In this document: positions 36,908 to 46,301 of the stretch, piece by piece | Position numbering within the stretch: the stretch's first letter is position 1 | How the letters are laid out: each line of letters starts with the position of its first letter | Assembly: GCA_964530135.1 (NCBI GenBank) | Contig: CAZGXN010000007.1 | Location: 2,576-66,575 of the forward strand | Direction: 5' to 3' | Length of the DNA: 64,000 nt | Source of the DNA: an uncultured Bdellovibrionales bacterium | Lineage (GTDB): Bacteria > Patescibacteriota > Minisyncoccia > Moranbacterales > UBA1568 | Translations under genes and position numbers: made by a program | The notes under the pieces: model-generated | Databases searched by the model: none | The model's input: the letters and a program-made list of their open reading frames with translations, nothing else | What the model was told of the DNA's origin: nothing

Positions 36908-37819
36908 ATGCGCACGCTCACACATAGAAACATCACTTGGATCGATTTTGAGACACCCACCAAGGACGATGTCGCGTATCTTCATGAGAATTTTAATATT
37001 CACCCGATCGCCCTGGAGGAGCTCATCACGCCGACCTATCAACCAAAAGTCTTGCAGTATGACAGCTGCCTTTTTTTCTCTATCCACATTCCTTTGTTTG
37101 ATGTGAAGGAACGAACAACTTATGCTGGCGAGCTCGATATCATCCTCACCAAAGATCATCTTATTACCGCCCACCGCCACCCCATCTATCAGATCGGGAA
37201 ATTTTTCAGCGAGTTGGAGAAAAGTGAAGGCAAACGCCGTCTCCATATGGAAGACACACCGACTCATGTCCTCTACCGCCTCCTCGAGATCCTTCTCAAT
37301 TCTTGTTTTCCCAAACTCCGCCACATTTCAGAAAAGATCGACCGCATCGAAACAGAGATCTTTGCTGGTCATGAAAAAGAGATGGTATTTGAGATCTCCC
37401 TCGTAAAGCGCGATATTCTCAATTTCCGCCGCACCCTAAAACCCCAACGTTCGCTTATCGAAAGCCTCCTCGCCACCAAACACTCCTTTATACCCGCAAG
37501 CCTCCAGGTGTATTTCCAAGACCTGATCGGAACCAATGTCCGCGTCTGGAACATGTTGGAAAGCAACAAGGAAACGATTGAAGCATTTGAAGCGACAAAT
37601 AATTCGCTCCTTTCGAACAAGATCGAACAGACGATGAAGGTGCTCACGATTTTCTCTGCCGTCATCCTCCCCCTCACCGTCTATTCAAATGCGATGTCGA
37701 TGAATACCCGCCACCTACCGTTCGAGAATAGTAATGGTGGCTTCTGGCTCCACCTCAGCACTATGATTATCATTTCTGCCTTTACTATTGTCATTTTCCG
37801 CCTGAAAAGGTGGATTTAG
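36908..37819 (+). CDS. corA: CorA-family divalent cation (Mg2+/Co2+) transporter, variant pore motif
   Basis: Cytoplasmic CorA-like N-domain, two C-terminal TM helices, YSNAMSMNTRHLPF in place of canonical YGMNF. Confidence 0.75.
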   Translation: MRTLTHRNITWIDFETPTKDDVAYLHENFNIHPIALEELITPTYQPKVLQYDSCLFFSIHIPLFDVKERTTYAGELDIILTKDHLITAHRHPIYQIGKFFSELEKSEGKRRLHMEDTPTHVLYRLLEILLNSCFPKLRHISEKIDRIETEIFAGHEKEMVFEISLVKRDILNFRRTLKPQRSLIESLLATKHSFIPASLQVYFQDLIGTNVRVWNMLESNKETIEAFEATNNSLLSNKIEQTMKVLTIFSAVILPLTVYSNAMSMNTRHLPFENSNGGFWLHLSTMIIISAFTIVIFRLKRWI

Positions 37820-37947
37820 GGTAGGAAGGCAAGGGTTAAGATGGACATTTTTTGTCCGCTTGTTTTTCTTTTCACACCCTTGTACCCTTTATCTCAGGCC
37901 GACCAACTCCCCCTACATCGCCCCATTCTCTACCCATTCATTTTTAT

Positions 37948-39384
37948 ATGCTCACCCTCTACAATACTCTCACCAAAAAAAAGGAGGTGTTTACACCACT
38001 CGAGCCACCACGAGTAACACTCTATACCTGCGGCCCAACAGTGTACGGTGCTATCCATATCGGTAATCTTCGCGCTTACATGACAGCTGATACACTTCGA
38101 CGCACTTTGAGTGCCACTGGCTTTACGGTTCGGCAAGTGAAAAACATCACTGATGTCGGGCATCTCACAGCAGATGACATTGCCCAAGGCGATAGTGGTG
38201 AAGACAAGCTGATACAAAAAGCGATCGCTGAGGGTAAGACTCCGGAAGCCATTGCTCTTTTCTACACGGATTACTATTTGAAAGCTGAGGCGGCCATGAA
38301 TATTCTTCCGCCCCAAGAACAACCCAGAGCGACTGCCTATATTCAAGAGATGATTCAATTCATCGAGCGGCTTGTCACGGAGGGTTATGCGTATACTAAG
38401 AATGGAAATGTGTTTTTTGATGTAACAAGTTATTCAGCTTATGGCCGACTCTCAGGAAATACACTGGAACACCTCAAGATTGGTGCACGCCTCAAAGCTC
38501 ATCCTGATAAACGCCATCCGTGGGATTTCGCTCTCTGGCTCCATGCCCCAGAGGATCACCTGATGCATTGGCCATCACCCTGGGGAAGAGGCTATCCAGG
38601 TTGGCATATCGAATGCTCCGCGATGAGTCTGGCTACCCTCGGACCGACTATTGATATTCATACTGGCGGCGAAGACAATATTTTTCCCCATCATGAAGCT
38701 GAGATTGCTCAAAGTGAGTGTGGAAACAAAGCACCCTTTGTTCGTTACTGGGTACATACGCGTCATCTCCTCGTTGATGGAATGAAAATGTCAAAATCAA
38801 AAGGAAATTGCTATACCCTCGCTGATATTTTTGAGCATGGTTTTGAGGCGATGGATCTGCGTATGCTTTTCCTTGGCGCACATTACCGAAGTCAGATGAA
38901 TTTCACTTGGGATGCCCTCACACAAGCAAAAACCAATCGGCTATCGCTCATGCAAGCGTATGAACGACTGAAGCAATTACAGACGGATGAAAGCACAGGG
39001 ACTTCTCAAAACTCACATTTTGAAGCATTTCAGGCGGCTATAGAAGATGATTTGAACACACCCCAAGCTCTTTCGATTGCGCTTGATATGGCAAAACTCA
39101 TCAACTCAGCAGCCGACAAGAAATGTCCGGTGCATACTGATGCACGATTACAATATGAAAGCATACTCTTTGAGTATTTTGGTTTGACCCAGGATACAAC
39201 AGAAATTCCGACAGCCGTTTCAGTCTTACTCGAAACAAGAAAAGTGGCTCGTCAGGAAAGAGATTTTGCACGCTCGGATGCGCTCCGCGACGAAATCGCC
39301 AGACTCGGCTATAGTGTGGAAGACAGTTCAAGCGGACAGGTTATCCGAAAGAGTACATCCAATACCAGTCCTCTTCAGAAGTAA
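37948..39384 (+). CDS. cysS: cysteinyl-tRNA synthetase
   Basis: LYTCGPTVYGAIHIGNLRAY (HIGH), KMSKSKGN; start MLTLYNTLT (37948). Confidence 0.93.
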   Translation: MLTLYNTLTKKKEVFTPLEPPRVTLYTCGPTVYGAIHIGNLRAYMTADTLRRTLSATGFTVRQVKNITDVGHLTADDIAQGDSGEDKLIQKAIAEGKTPEAIALFYTDYYLKAEAAMNILPPQEQPRATAYIQEMIQFIERLVTEGYAYTKNGNVFFDVTSYSAYGRLSGNTLEHLKIGARLKAHPDKRHPWDFALWLHAPEDHLMHWPSPWGRGYPGWHIECSAMSLATLGPTIDIHTGGEDNIFPHHEAEIAQSECGNKAPFVRYWVHTRHLLVDGMKMSKSKGNCYTLADIFEHGFEAMDLRMLFLGAHYRSQMNFTWDALTQAKTNRLSLMQAYERLKQLQTDESTGTSQNSHFEAFQAAIEDDLNTPQALSIALDMAKLINSAADKKCPVHTDARLQYESILFEYFGLTQDTTEIPTAVSVLLETRKVARQERDFARSDALRDEIARLGYSVEDSSSGQVIRKSTSNTSPLQK

Positions 39385-39526
39385 TTTACCGCTCTCTATT
39401 CTCTAAGTAGGGCAACTCTATAACAGGGTATAACTTACTTATTTTGTCAATGGTTCAGGCTGAGAAAAGATATAAACAAACTATCTACATTGAACCCATC
39501 ACCAATACCCAGTAGAATAGAGTCCT

Positions 39527-40897
39527 ATGGCCAAATCCCCTACCGCTGAGCATGTGCGGATCCCACCGCACAATCTTGAAGCCGAACAGTCTGTTTTGGG
39601 CTCACTCATGCTTGATAAAGATGCCATCATAAAAGTTGCTGACTTAGTGAAAGTCGGTGATTTTTACAAAGACGATCATAATCGTATTTACCAGGCGATG
39701 CTCGATCTGTATGAGGAGCGTGAGCCGATTGATGTCCTCTCACTTGCAAATCGTCTAGAGGAAAAGAAAATACTCGAAGCCGTGGGTGGTTCTGGCTATC
39801 TAGCCTCTCTCGTTAACTCTGTTCCTTCTGCGTCCAATATTGTCCACTACGCCAAAGTCGTTCAGAAAAAAGCACTTTTGCGTCGTCTTATTGGTGCCGC
39901 TTCACAAATCGTTGAGATGGGCTATGACGATGCTGAAGATGTTCAGCTTGTCCTCGATGATGCTGAACAGAAACTTTTTGCAATCTCGCAGAAATACATC
40001 AAACAGGATTTTATACCGATTAAGACTATCCTGGAAGCTGCGTTTGATCGGATTGATGAGCTCCATAAAAATGATCAAACAATGCGTGGCGTCCCAACGC
40101 ATTTCCCTGATCTCGACAACCTCCTTGCTGGCCTCCAAAAGTCCGATCTCATTATTATCGCTGCTCGTCCGGCGATTGGTAAAACCTCATTCGCGCTCGA
40201 CATCGCTCGCCAAGTCGGTGTGTACGCCAAGATTCCCGTTGGTATCTTCTCACTTGAAATGGGTGCGGATCAGCTTATCGACCGTATGCTCGCTGCTCAG
40301 GCAGGCGTTGATCTCTGGCGACTTCGAACAGGTAAATTACATAGTGAAGGTCCTGGAAATGACTTTGAAAAACTCTCAGATGCCATGGGGGTTCTCTCCG
40401 AGGCACCGATTTTTATTGATGATTCTGGGAGCCTGAATATCATGGAAATGCGAACGATGGCCCGCCGACTTCAAGCCGAACATAAACTTGGCCTCATTAT
40501 TATCGATTACCTCCAGCTCATGGAGGGCCGTTCACGCCAAGGAGACAATCGTGTACAGGAAATTTCCGAGATTTCGCGCGGTTTGAAACAACTTGCGCGC
40601 GAATTAAATATCCCCGTCATTGCGCTCTCTCAACTTTCGCGTGGTATCGAATCTCGGCCCGACCAACGACCGAAGCTCTCTGACCTCCGTGAATCTGGTT
40701 CCATTGAACAAGACGCTGATGTTGTCATGTTTCTCTACCGCGAAGACCGTGTTCGACCAGATACACCGAACAAAAATATCGTCGATATTATTATTGCCAA
40801 GCATCGCAACGGCCCAATCGGCCAAGTCCAGCTCTATTTCGAGGAAAATGCAACTTCCTTTAAATCACTTGAACGGCTCCATGGTGGAAGTTCATAA
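39527..40897 (+). CDS. dnaB: replicative DNA helicase DnaB
   Basis: N-terminal PPHNLEAEQSVLGSLMLD, Walker A ARPAIGKTSFALDIA, IIDYLQLM, RecA-fold C-terminus. Confidence 0.93.
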   Translation: MAKSPTAEHVRIPPHNLEAEQSVLGSLMLDKDAIIKVADLVKVGDFYKDDHNRIYQAMLDLYEEREPIDVLSLANRLEEKKILEAVGGSGYLASLVNSVPSASNIVHYAKVVQKKALLRRLIGAASQIVEMGYDDAEDVQLVLDDAEQKLFAISQKYIKQDFIPIKTILEAAFDRIDELHKNDQTMRGVPTHFPDLDNLLAGLQKSDLIIIAARPAIGKTSFALDIARQVGVYAKIPVGIFSLEMGADQLIDRMLAAQAGVDLWRLRTGKLHSEGPGNDFEKLSDAMGVLSEAPIFIDDSGSLNIMEMRTMARRLQAEHKLGLIIIDYLQLMEGRSRQGDNRVQEISEISRGLKQLARELNIPVIALSQLSRGIESRPDQRPKLSDLRESGSIEQDADVVMFLYREDRVRPDTPNKNIVDIIIAKHRNGPIGQVQLYFEENATSFKSLERLHGGSS

Positions 40898-40929
40898 CCG
40901 GCAGAAAGATAAAAATAATTCTCTATGGT

Positions 40930-41520
40930 ATGCGTTACCCAAAAGCCTTTGAATCATTAATTGCTCATTTTTCTCGTCTCCCCTCCATCGGTCCAAAGAT
41001 GGCGGAGCGACTTGTCCTCTACCTCTTCAAACAGGACGAAGAAAAGCTCCGCGCGTTTGCCGAAAGTCTTGAAGCTCTGAAACACCTCTCGAGTTGTCAG
41101 CAGTGTTTTTATATCTCCGAATCCACACTCTGTGGATTCTGTAGTGACCATTCGCGTGATCAAACCACGATCTGTGTCGTAGAGGAGCCGCTCGATGTTA
41201 TCGCAATCGAACGAACCGGAGCGTACCATGGGCTCTATCATGTACTCGGCGGTGTTCTTGATTCTGGCCAAGAAGATCAAACTCTTCGGGTAGCCGAACT
41301 CAAAAATCGACTCGTCGATTCCTCGGTTGAAGAAGTTATTATCGCAACCAATCCAACGACAGAAGGTGATATGACAGCTTATTTTCTCAAAACAAAGCTC
41401 GCTTCACTCCCACTGAAAGTAACTCGGATAGCGCGCGGTATGGCGACTGGTGGTGATATTGAATACGCAGACGAATTGACACTCTCCTCCTCGCTTGAAA
41501 ACCGTACATCGCTCCGCTAG
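40930..41520 (+). CDS. recR: recombination protein RecR
   Basis: HhH N-terminus LIAHFSRLPSIGPKMAERL, C4 zinc finger CQQCFYISESTLCGFCSD, Toprim domain. Confidence 0.93.
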   Translation: MRYPKAFESLIAHFSRLPSIGPKMAERLVLYLFKQDEEKLRAFAESLEALKHLSSCQQCFYISESTLCGFCSDHSRDQTTICVVEEPLDVIAIERTGAYHGLYHVLGGVLDSGQEDQTLRVAELKNRLVDSSVEEVIIATNPTTEGDMTAYFLKTKLASLPLKVTRIARGMATGGDIEYADELTLSSSLENRTSLR

Positions 41521-41530
41521 CTCAAAACAA

Positions 41531-41570
41531 AAAAACTGCCTGAGAATATATTTCCCGGGCAGTTTTTTTT
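41531..41570. terminator. bidirectional terminator between convergent recR and rplU (CTGCC...GGCAG with A7 before and T8 after)
   Basis: Read directly. Confidence 0.55.
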
Positions 41571-41571
41571 A

Positions 41572-41877
41572 TTAAGCGGAGACTTTTGTAATCTCAATAG
41601 TTGTATACGCTTGACGGTGGCCGTAACGAGTCATTTCACGTTTCTTGGCCTTGTGGCGGATGCCTGTTACTTTAGCGTGGCGGCCATGAGCGACGACTTT
41701 ACCCTCGATGTGTGCCTTTAGGGTAGGTGTTCCAATCAACACGGTTTCCTCATCACCAATGTACAGGGTTTCGAATTTCAAAATATTACCCACTTCAGCG
41801 TCAAGTTTCTCAACTTTTACGATGGAGCCCTCGGTAACTTTATACTGCTTTCCTCCGGTTTTGATAACTGCGATCAT
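41572..41877 (-). CDS. rplU: 50S ribosomal protein L21
   Basis: MIAVIKTGGKQYKVTEGSIVKVEKLDAEVG matches bL21. Confidence 0.93.
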   Translation of the reverse strand: MIAVIKTGGKQYKVTEGSIVKVEKLDAEVGNILKFETLYIGDEETVLIGTPTLKAHIEGKVVAHGRHAKVTGIRHKAKKREMTRYGHRQAYTTIEITKVSA

Positions 41878-41946
41878 AGTACGCGAAAAATTGATACTAA
41901 CTGAGTATAGCTTGAGAGAGACGAATTGTCAATCCTTGAATCAGAG

Positions 41947-43827
41947 CTATTCCAGGACGGCCTTGATTCGACGCACTCCAGCCGAAGAAGCCTCCTCTTT
42001 GATAATTTTGAAGCGTCCAAAAGCGGTAATATCAGCTGTTGTGACAACATGTGGACCTCCACAAAGTTCCTGGGAATATACCGTTCCATCCGATCCCACT
42101 ACCTGGTAAACAGTCACTTTTTCGGGGTATTTCTCCCAAAAGCTTCCCTCGACTCCGGTCGCCTTGGCAACTTCCTTATCCATCACTATTGTTTCTACCT
42201 TGGCCTGAGCTGCAATTGCCGTATTGACATATTCTTCCACTCGATCCAACACCTCACGCGACACTTTTTCTGGATAGGTAAAGTCAAAACGGGTGCGCTC
42301 TTCGGTGATATTTGATCCTGCCTGATGGACCGCTGATCCGAGTTCTTTGCGGAGAGCGGCGAGCATGAGGTGAGTCGAGGTATGGAGTGCTGTTACTTTG
42401 GTACTCTGATCAGCCAATCCACCCTTAAATTTCCCGACCGAAGCTGTTCGGGACAAATCCTGATGCTGTTTAAATTCCGACTGAAATTCATCACGATTAA
42501 CCGACACACCCTGCTCAAGGGCTATTTCCTCAGTCATTTCGAGTGGGAAACCATATGTAGAAAAGAGTTCAAACGCGTCTTTTCCAGTCAGTAATCCGGC
42601 AGAAAGCCGCTTCTCTACCTCCTGCAGACCTTTCTCGAGCGTTAGACGGAACTTTTTTTCTTCTTCCCCTAAAGCCGAAAGGATGGACGCTTGTTTTTCA
42701 GAGAGGCTTGGATACTGAGTTCGGTAGGTCTCGATAAATGGCGTAGCAATTGAAACAGCGAATGTGTCGCTGATATCCAGTTTCTTGCCATAGCGAACCG
42801 CTCGTCGAATCAACCGGCGCACAAAATAACCCTGGTCTTTATTTGAAGGCAAAACCCCGTCACCAATAAGGAAAACCGCCGCCCGTATATGATCGAGAAT
42901 GACCCGGAACGCGTGGGTTGTCTCAGCAGATTCGTCGTACGACTTTCCCGAAAGTTCCTGAAGTAGCGTTCTCGCCTCACGAAAGAGATCGAGCTTGAAA
43001 ACATCTGGATCATTAATCAGGGCCGCTGCCAATCGTTCCAGTCCGCCACCAAAGTCGACATTCTGTTGAGCCAGTTTCTCAAATCCATTTTCGGTCTTCT
43101 TATACTCCATGAAAACATTGTTGCCGATTTCCATAAAGCGGCCACAATCACAGTTCACATGACAAGGCTCTCCAGCCCAAGCTGATTTTTCGTGCAAACC
43201 AAGCTCTACTCCAAAATCCCAAAACATTTCCGTATCCGGTCCGCCTGGCTCGCCAACCGGCATATTGGCCGGCACACCGGCCCGACTCCACCAATTTTTC
43301 TTTTCAGAATAATAGAAAATTCGTTCACCCGGATTCATTCCATCCTTTTCTGCATCTTCCCCGATACCAGCCTCAATGCCGACTTCTTTAAAACGGGCTT
43401 GCCAACGTTGGGCTGATTCAGTATCGCGTGGGATGTTGAGTTCGGTATTGCCACGAAAACAGGTGAAATACAGCCGTTTTGGATCAAGCCCTAGTTCGAC
43501 TGTTAGAAAGGTCCACATCCAGTCGATTTGTTCAATCTTAAAGTAATCACCAAAAGACCAGTTACCAAGCATTTCGAAAAATGTCGTGTGGCGATTATCC
43601 CCGACCTCCTCAATATCCTGGCTTCGAAAACATCTCTGAGAATTTGTAACGCGTGTTCCAAGTGGATGTGGTTCACCAAGAAGATACGGTACAATTGGTT
43701 GCATACCTGATCCAGTGAACAGGGTTGTCGGATCATTTTCCGGAACGAGCGGGGCCGATGGGACGATAGTATGGCCCTGACTCTGAAAAAAGGCGAGGTA
43801 TTTCGCGCGGATATCATGCGTTCGCAT
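41947..43827 (-). CDS. alaS: alanyl-tRNA synthetase, short form ending after editing domain (no C-Ala domain)
   Basis: N-terminal HDIRAKYLAFFQSQGHTIVPSAPLVPENDPTTLFTGSGM; editing-domain HTSTHLM and CGGPHV motifs; protein stops about 25 aa after CGGPHV; start MRTHDIR (43827). Confidence 0.9.
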   Translation of the reverse strand: MRTHDIRAKYLAFFQSQGHTIVPSAPLVPENDPTTLFTGSGMQPIVPYLLGEPHPLGTRVTNSQRCFRSQDIEEVGDNRHTTFFEMLGNWSFGDYFKIEQIDWMWTFLTVELGLDPKRLYFTCFRGNTELNIPRDTESAQRWQARFKEVGIEAGIGEDAEKDGMNPGERIFYYSEKKNWWSRAGVPANMPVGEPGGPDTEMFWDFGVELGLHEKSAWAGEPCHVNCDCGRFMEIGNNVFMEYKKTENGFEKLAQQNVDFGGGLERLAAALINDPDVFKLDLFREARTLLQELSGKSYDESAETTHAFRVILDHIRAAVFLIGDGVLPSNKDQGYFVRRLIRRAVRYGKKLDISDTFAVSIATPFIETYRTQYPSLSEKQASILSALGEEEKKFRLTLEKGLQEVEKRLSAGLLTGKDAFELFSTYGFPLEMTEEIALEQGVSVNRDEFQSEFKQHQDLSRTASVGKFKGGLADQSTKVTALHTSTHLMLAALRKELGSAVHQAGSNITEERTRFDFTYPEKVSREVLDRVEEYVNTAIAAQAKVETIVMDKEVAKATGVEGSFWEKYPEKVTVYQVVGSDGTVYSQELCGGPHVVTTADITAFGRFKIIKEEASSAGVRRIKAVLE

Positions 43828-43837
43828 AGAAGGAAAT

Positions 43838-44056
43838 CTAACGGAGGGCTTTTTCAATACCCTTCTTGATATCACGAGAAAGCTGCCAAGGCAACAAGCG
43901 CTCAATTTCAGCTAAGGCACCTAGAGTATCAATTTCTCGTGATTCAAATTTTCGGCCAATGGCACGCAGAGATGAACGCAAGAAGCTCGTATCCGAAACA
44001 TCTGGACTTTTCAAAATTTCAGCCATAACAACAGTAACAAATGTCTGAGTTTTCAT
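43838..44056 (-). CDS. hypothetical small protein (72 aa)
   Basis: Short ORF between alaS and coiled-coil gene; no motif. Confidence 0.4.
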   Translation of the reverse strand: MKTQTFVTVVMAEILKSPDVSDTSFLRSSLRAIGRKFESREIDTLGALAEIERLLPWQLSRDIKKGIEKALR

Positions 44057-44060
44057 AGTA

Positions 44061-44348
44061 TTACTTTTTATACGAGGCGCGCTTCACGCGTATGATTTCA
44101 GCATCAATATCTTGAATTTTCTTCATTAAATGGTTGCGATCAGTCTTATACTCTTCGAGTTCTCTTACGCGTTCGCTTACAGACTTTTCGAGCGTCCGAA
44201 TACTCGCTTCGAGTTCATCCGACTGCCTCTCCAAGCGTGATCGGTCTGACTGGAGCATAAATACTTCGTTCTCAAATCGCCGCCGCGTGAGGTGATCAGC
44301 GCGCGCTTGATCAGTTGCTGTATCGCCCCCCAATTCATCAGATGACAT
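44061..44348 (-). CDS. hypothetical coiled-coil protein (95 aa), possibly division-associated
   Basis: Almost entirely heptad-like charged coiled coil; located in ftsA neighbourhood. Confidence 0.5.
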   Translation of the reverse strand: MSSDELGGDTATDQARADHLTRRRFENEVFMLQSDRSRLERQSDELEASIRTLEKSVSERVRELEEYKTDRNHLMKKIQDIDAEIIRVKRASYKK

Positions 44349-44362
44349 AGTTATTGTAACAA

Positions 44363-46288
44363 TTATTCATTACTGGATTCTACAAGATTTACTGTTACAC
44401 GTTCTGGATCATTTGGAACTGTCGCGATGAAAACTTTTGGCTTGAATTCAACCTGCAATCGCTTGATCTCCGGATGTTCAGACAGATACTTGCGTATCCC
44501 TTCCTCATCAAGGCCGAGAAGGCCATTTTTCAATGTTTCCTTTTCAAGGGGTGCCTGGAACAATACGCGGCTTTCGACAGTAAAGTCCACTCGTTTCATT
44601 TCAAAGTTCGACAACACAGTACCGTAATCGATGGCAAAACGGTACGGTCGCAGGACGACACCACCCGACTCCATCGTTTGCCGCTCAATGATGTTATTGA
44701 TTGCTGCTTTGGAAATGATAAATCCCTTTACTTGAAAACGCGCTTCATACTCAAACCGCTCCGTAACCGTACCGATATCAGGAGCCGATGGGGTACCAAT
44801 AGTTGTTACCTGGAAGGATGGTTCAAACACTTGTTCACCCGCCTGCACACTACCCATCAATCCATCAATAACAGTTTTCTTTGCTTCTTCGCTCGCTGCA
44901 GTTTTTGCCTGCTCACGATCGCCCTCACTCACACGCAAAGCCGTGCCCGCACTCTCTCCACCACCCGTGAGAGCACTTTTCACTTCCGCTGTAATTTTAT
45001 CAAACTTTGCACCACCCTTGAAACCCGGGATGCTCAATGTCCCTGCACTGAGATTAAATTTTTCTCCAGCCATATCAGCAATGACCCGAGCATCAATCCG
45101 ACCGGGTACAACCTTCCCTTCGACTGTTGTCATTCCTGGAATGGTTACTCCATCAATAAGGCGGTAGATTTTACCATCAGAGGTTTCAAATCGTGTAGTT
45201 GCAACGAGTGATTGTGGAGCCTCACTGAAAGCGTTGATGATAGTCAGTGTTCCACTTGCCTTCGCTTCGTTTCCGATATTTTTTCCAGTCGCTTCTCGAG
45301 ATATACGGACGGTTTTTTCTTCCTCTACATAACGGACAGGGATAGTTTCCCCAGCTAGTCCAGCATCGACTAGACCGACGAGCGAGAGTTTAACCGTCTG
45401 GGTTGCGGTTTGAGGCTCAAGAATGATAATTGCCTCAGGTCGAAGAAAAAAGTATCCGATCAAAACCACACCAATAAAAAGCCCACTACCGAGAAGTGAC
45501 CAGAGCCATGGCCTCTGTCCCTGGGGTGATATGACCTGTTTCGACACGGGTATTGACGGTGGGGCAGAAACCAATTGCGGTACAGGGTTGCCCGCTGTAT
45601 TTTTCCCCGCCGCGCGACCTTCAAAAAGACGACGAAGCTGTTCTTTACGAGCTCCATTGATCCGCGAACCACTCTCATTTGGTACAGACGATCTTTCCTC
45701 ACGCCGAGACCCAATCCCTCCTTGAGATTGAGGGGTTTTCGGGACTTCACGAGTTGAATTTAAAGCTGTTTGCATCGGGGGTGATGCATTCCTAACGCGC
45801 AACGACTGAGCTGGTTTCCGAGCAAGAATTGAAGGCACCGGGGTAGTTGGCAGATTAGGATGTTGGGCCAATGACTTGCTAGATGCCCCCGTATTCCTAT
45901 AAAAACTTTCACTACCTATTTCATCTGAGCGACGCAGACCGATGGGCTCATCAGTCGCCACAGGCATCGGTATCGTATCACCATGACGGACAGTGAAACG
46001 CGCCGGGGCTTCTTGGCGATACTCCCGAAGCACCTTGTCTTGATATTCCTGAGTCCGTAATCCTGCTTTTTCGGCAAGCCGCATACCCTGCTCATCCTGG
46101 GTCATTATGATAACAGTTTTTCCAAGCTTTGTTGCTTCTCGACCCAGTAGCTTGAGGTTAATGATACTTTGTAAAATCAGAGAGCGCTTCGGAAAGACAA
46201 AAATATTTTCTGTCTCGCTTGTTTTTCTCAGCCGACCAACGGTACTGATTATTTCCTCGTCTATCTCAATGTAATGGGTTGCGGGCAT
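44363..46288 (-). CDS. hypothetical bitopic protein (641 aa): cytoplasmic N-domain, Pro/Ser-rich linker, single TM, large extracytoplasmic C-domain
   Basis: TM WLWSLLGSGLFIGVVLIGYFFL near residue 270; low-complexity linker before it; no catalytic motif. Confidence 0.6.
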   Translation of the reverse strand: MPATHYIEIDEEIISTVGRLRKTSETENIFVFPKRSLILQSIINLKLLGREATKLGKTVIIMTQDEQGMRLAEKAGLRTQEYQDKVLREYRQEAPARFTVRHGDTIPMPVATDEPIGLRRSDEIGSESFYRNTGASSKSLAQHPNLPTTPVPSILARKPAQSLRVRNASPPMQTALNSTREVPKTPQSQGGIGSRREERSSVPNESGSRINGARKEQLRRLFEGRAAGKNTAGNPVPQLVSAPPSIPVSKQVISPQGQRPWLWSLLGSGLFIGVVLIGYFFLRPEAIIILEPQTATQTVKLSLVGLVDAGLAGETIPVRYVEEEKTVRISREATGKNIGNEAKASGTLTIINAFSEAPQSLVATTRFETSDGKIYRLIDGVTIPGMTTVEGKVVPGRIDARVIADMAGEKFNLSAGTLSIPGFKGGAKFDKITAEVKSALTGGGESAGTALRVSEGDREQAKTAASEEAKKTVIDGLMGSVQAGEQVFEPSFQVTTIGTPSAPDIGTVTERFEYEARFQVKGFIISKAAINNIIERQTMESGGVVLRPYRFAIDYGTVLSNFEMKRVDFTVESRVLFQAPLEKETLKNGLLGLDEEGIRKYLSEHPEIKRLQVEFKPKVFIATVPNDPERVTVNLVESSNE

Positions 46289-46301
46289 ACGCTCGATAAT
46301 T

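Noticed and set aside
36733-36963. 76-aa minus-strand ORF upstream of yidD as candidate rnpA
   Set aside because: It has no RnpA basic motif and overlaps the corA promoter/start region; treated as spurious.
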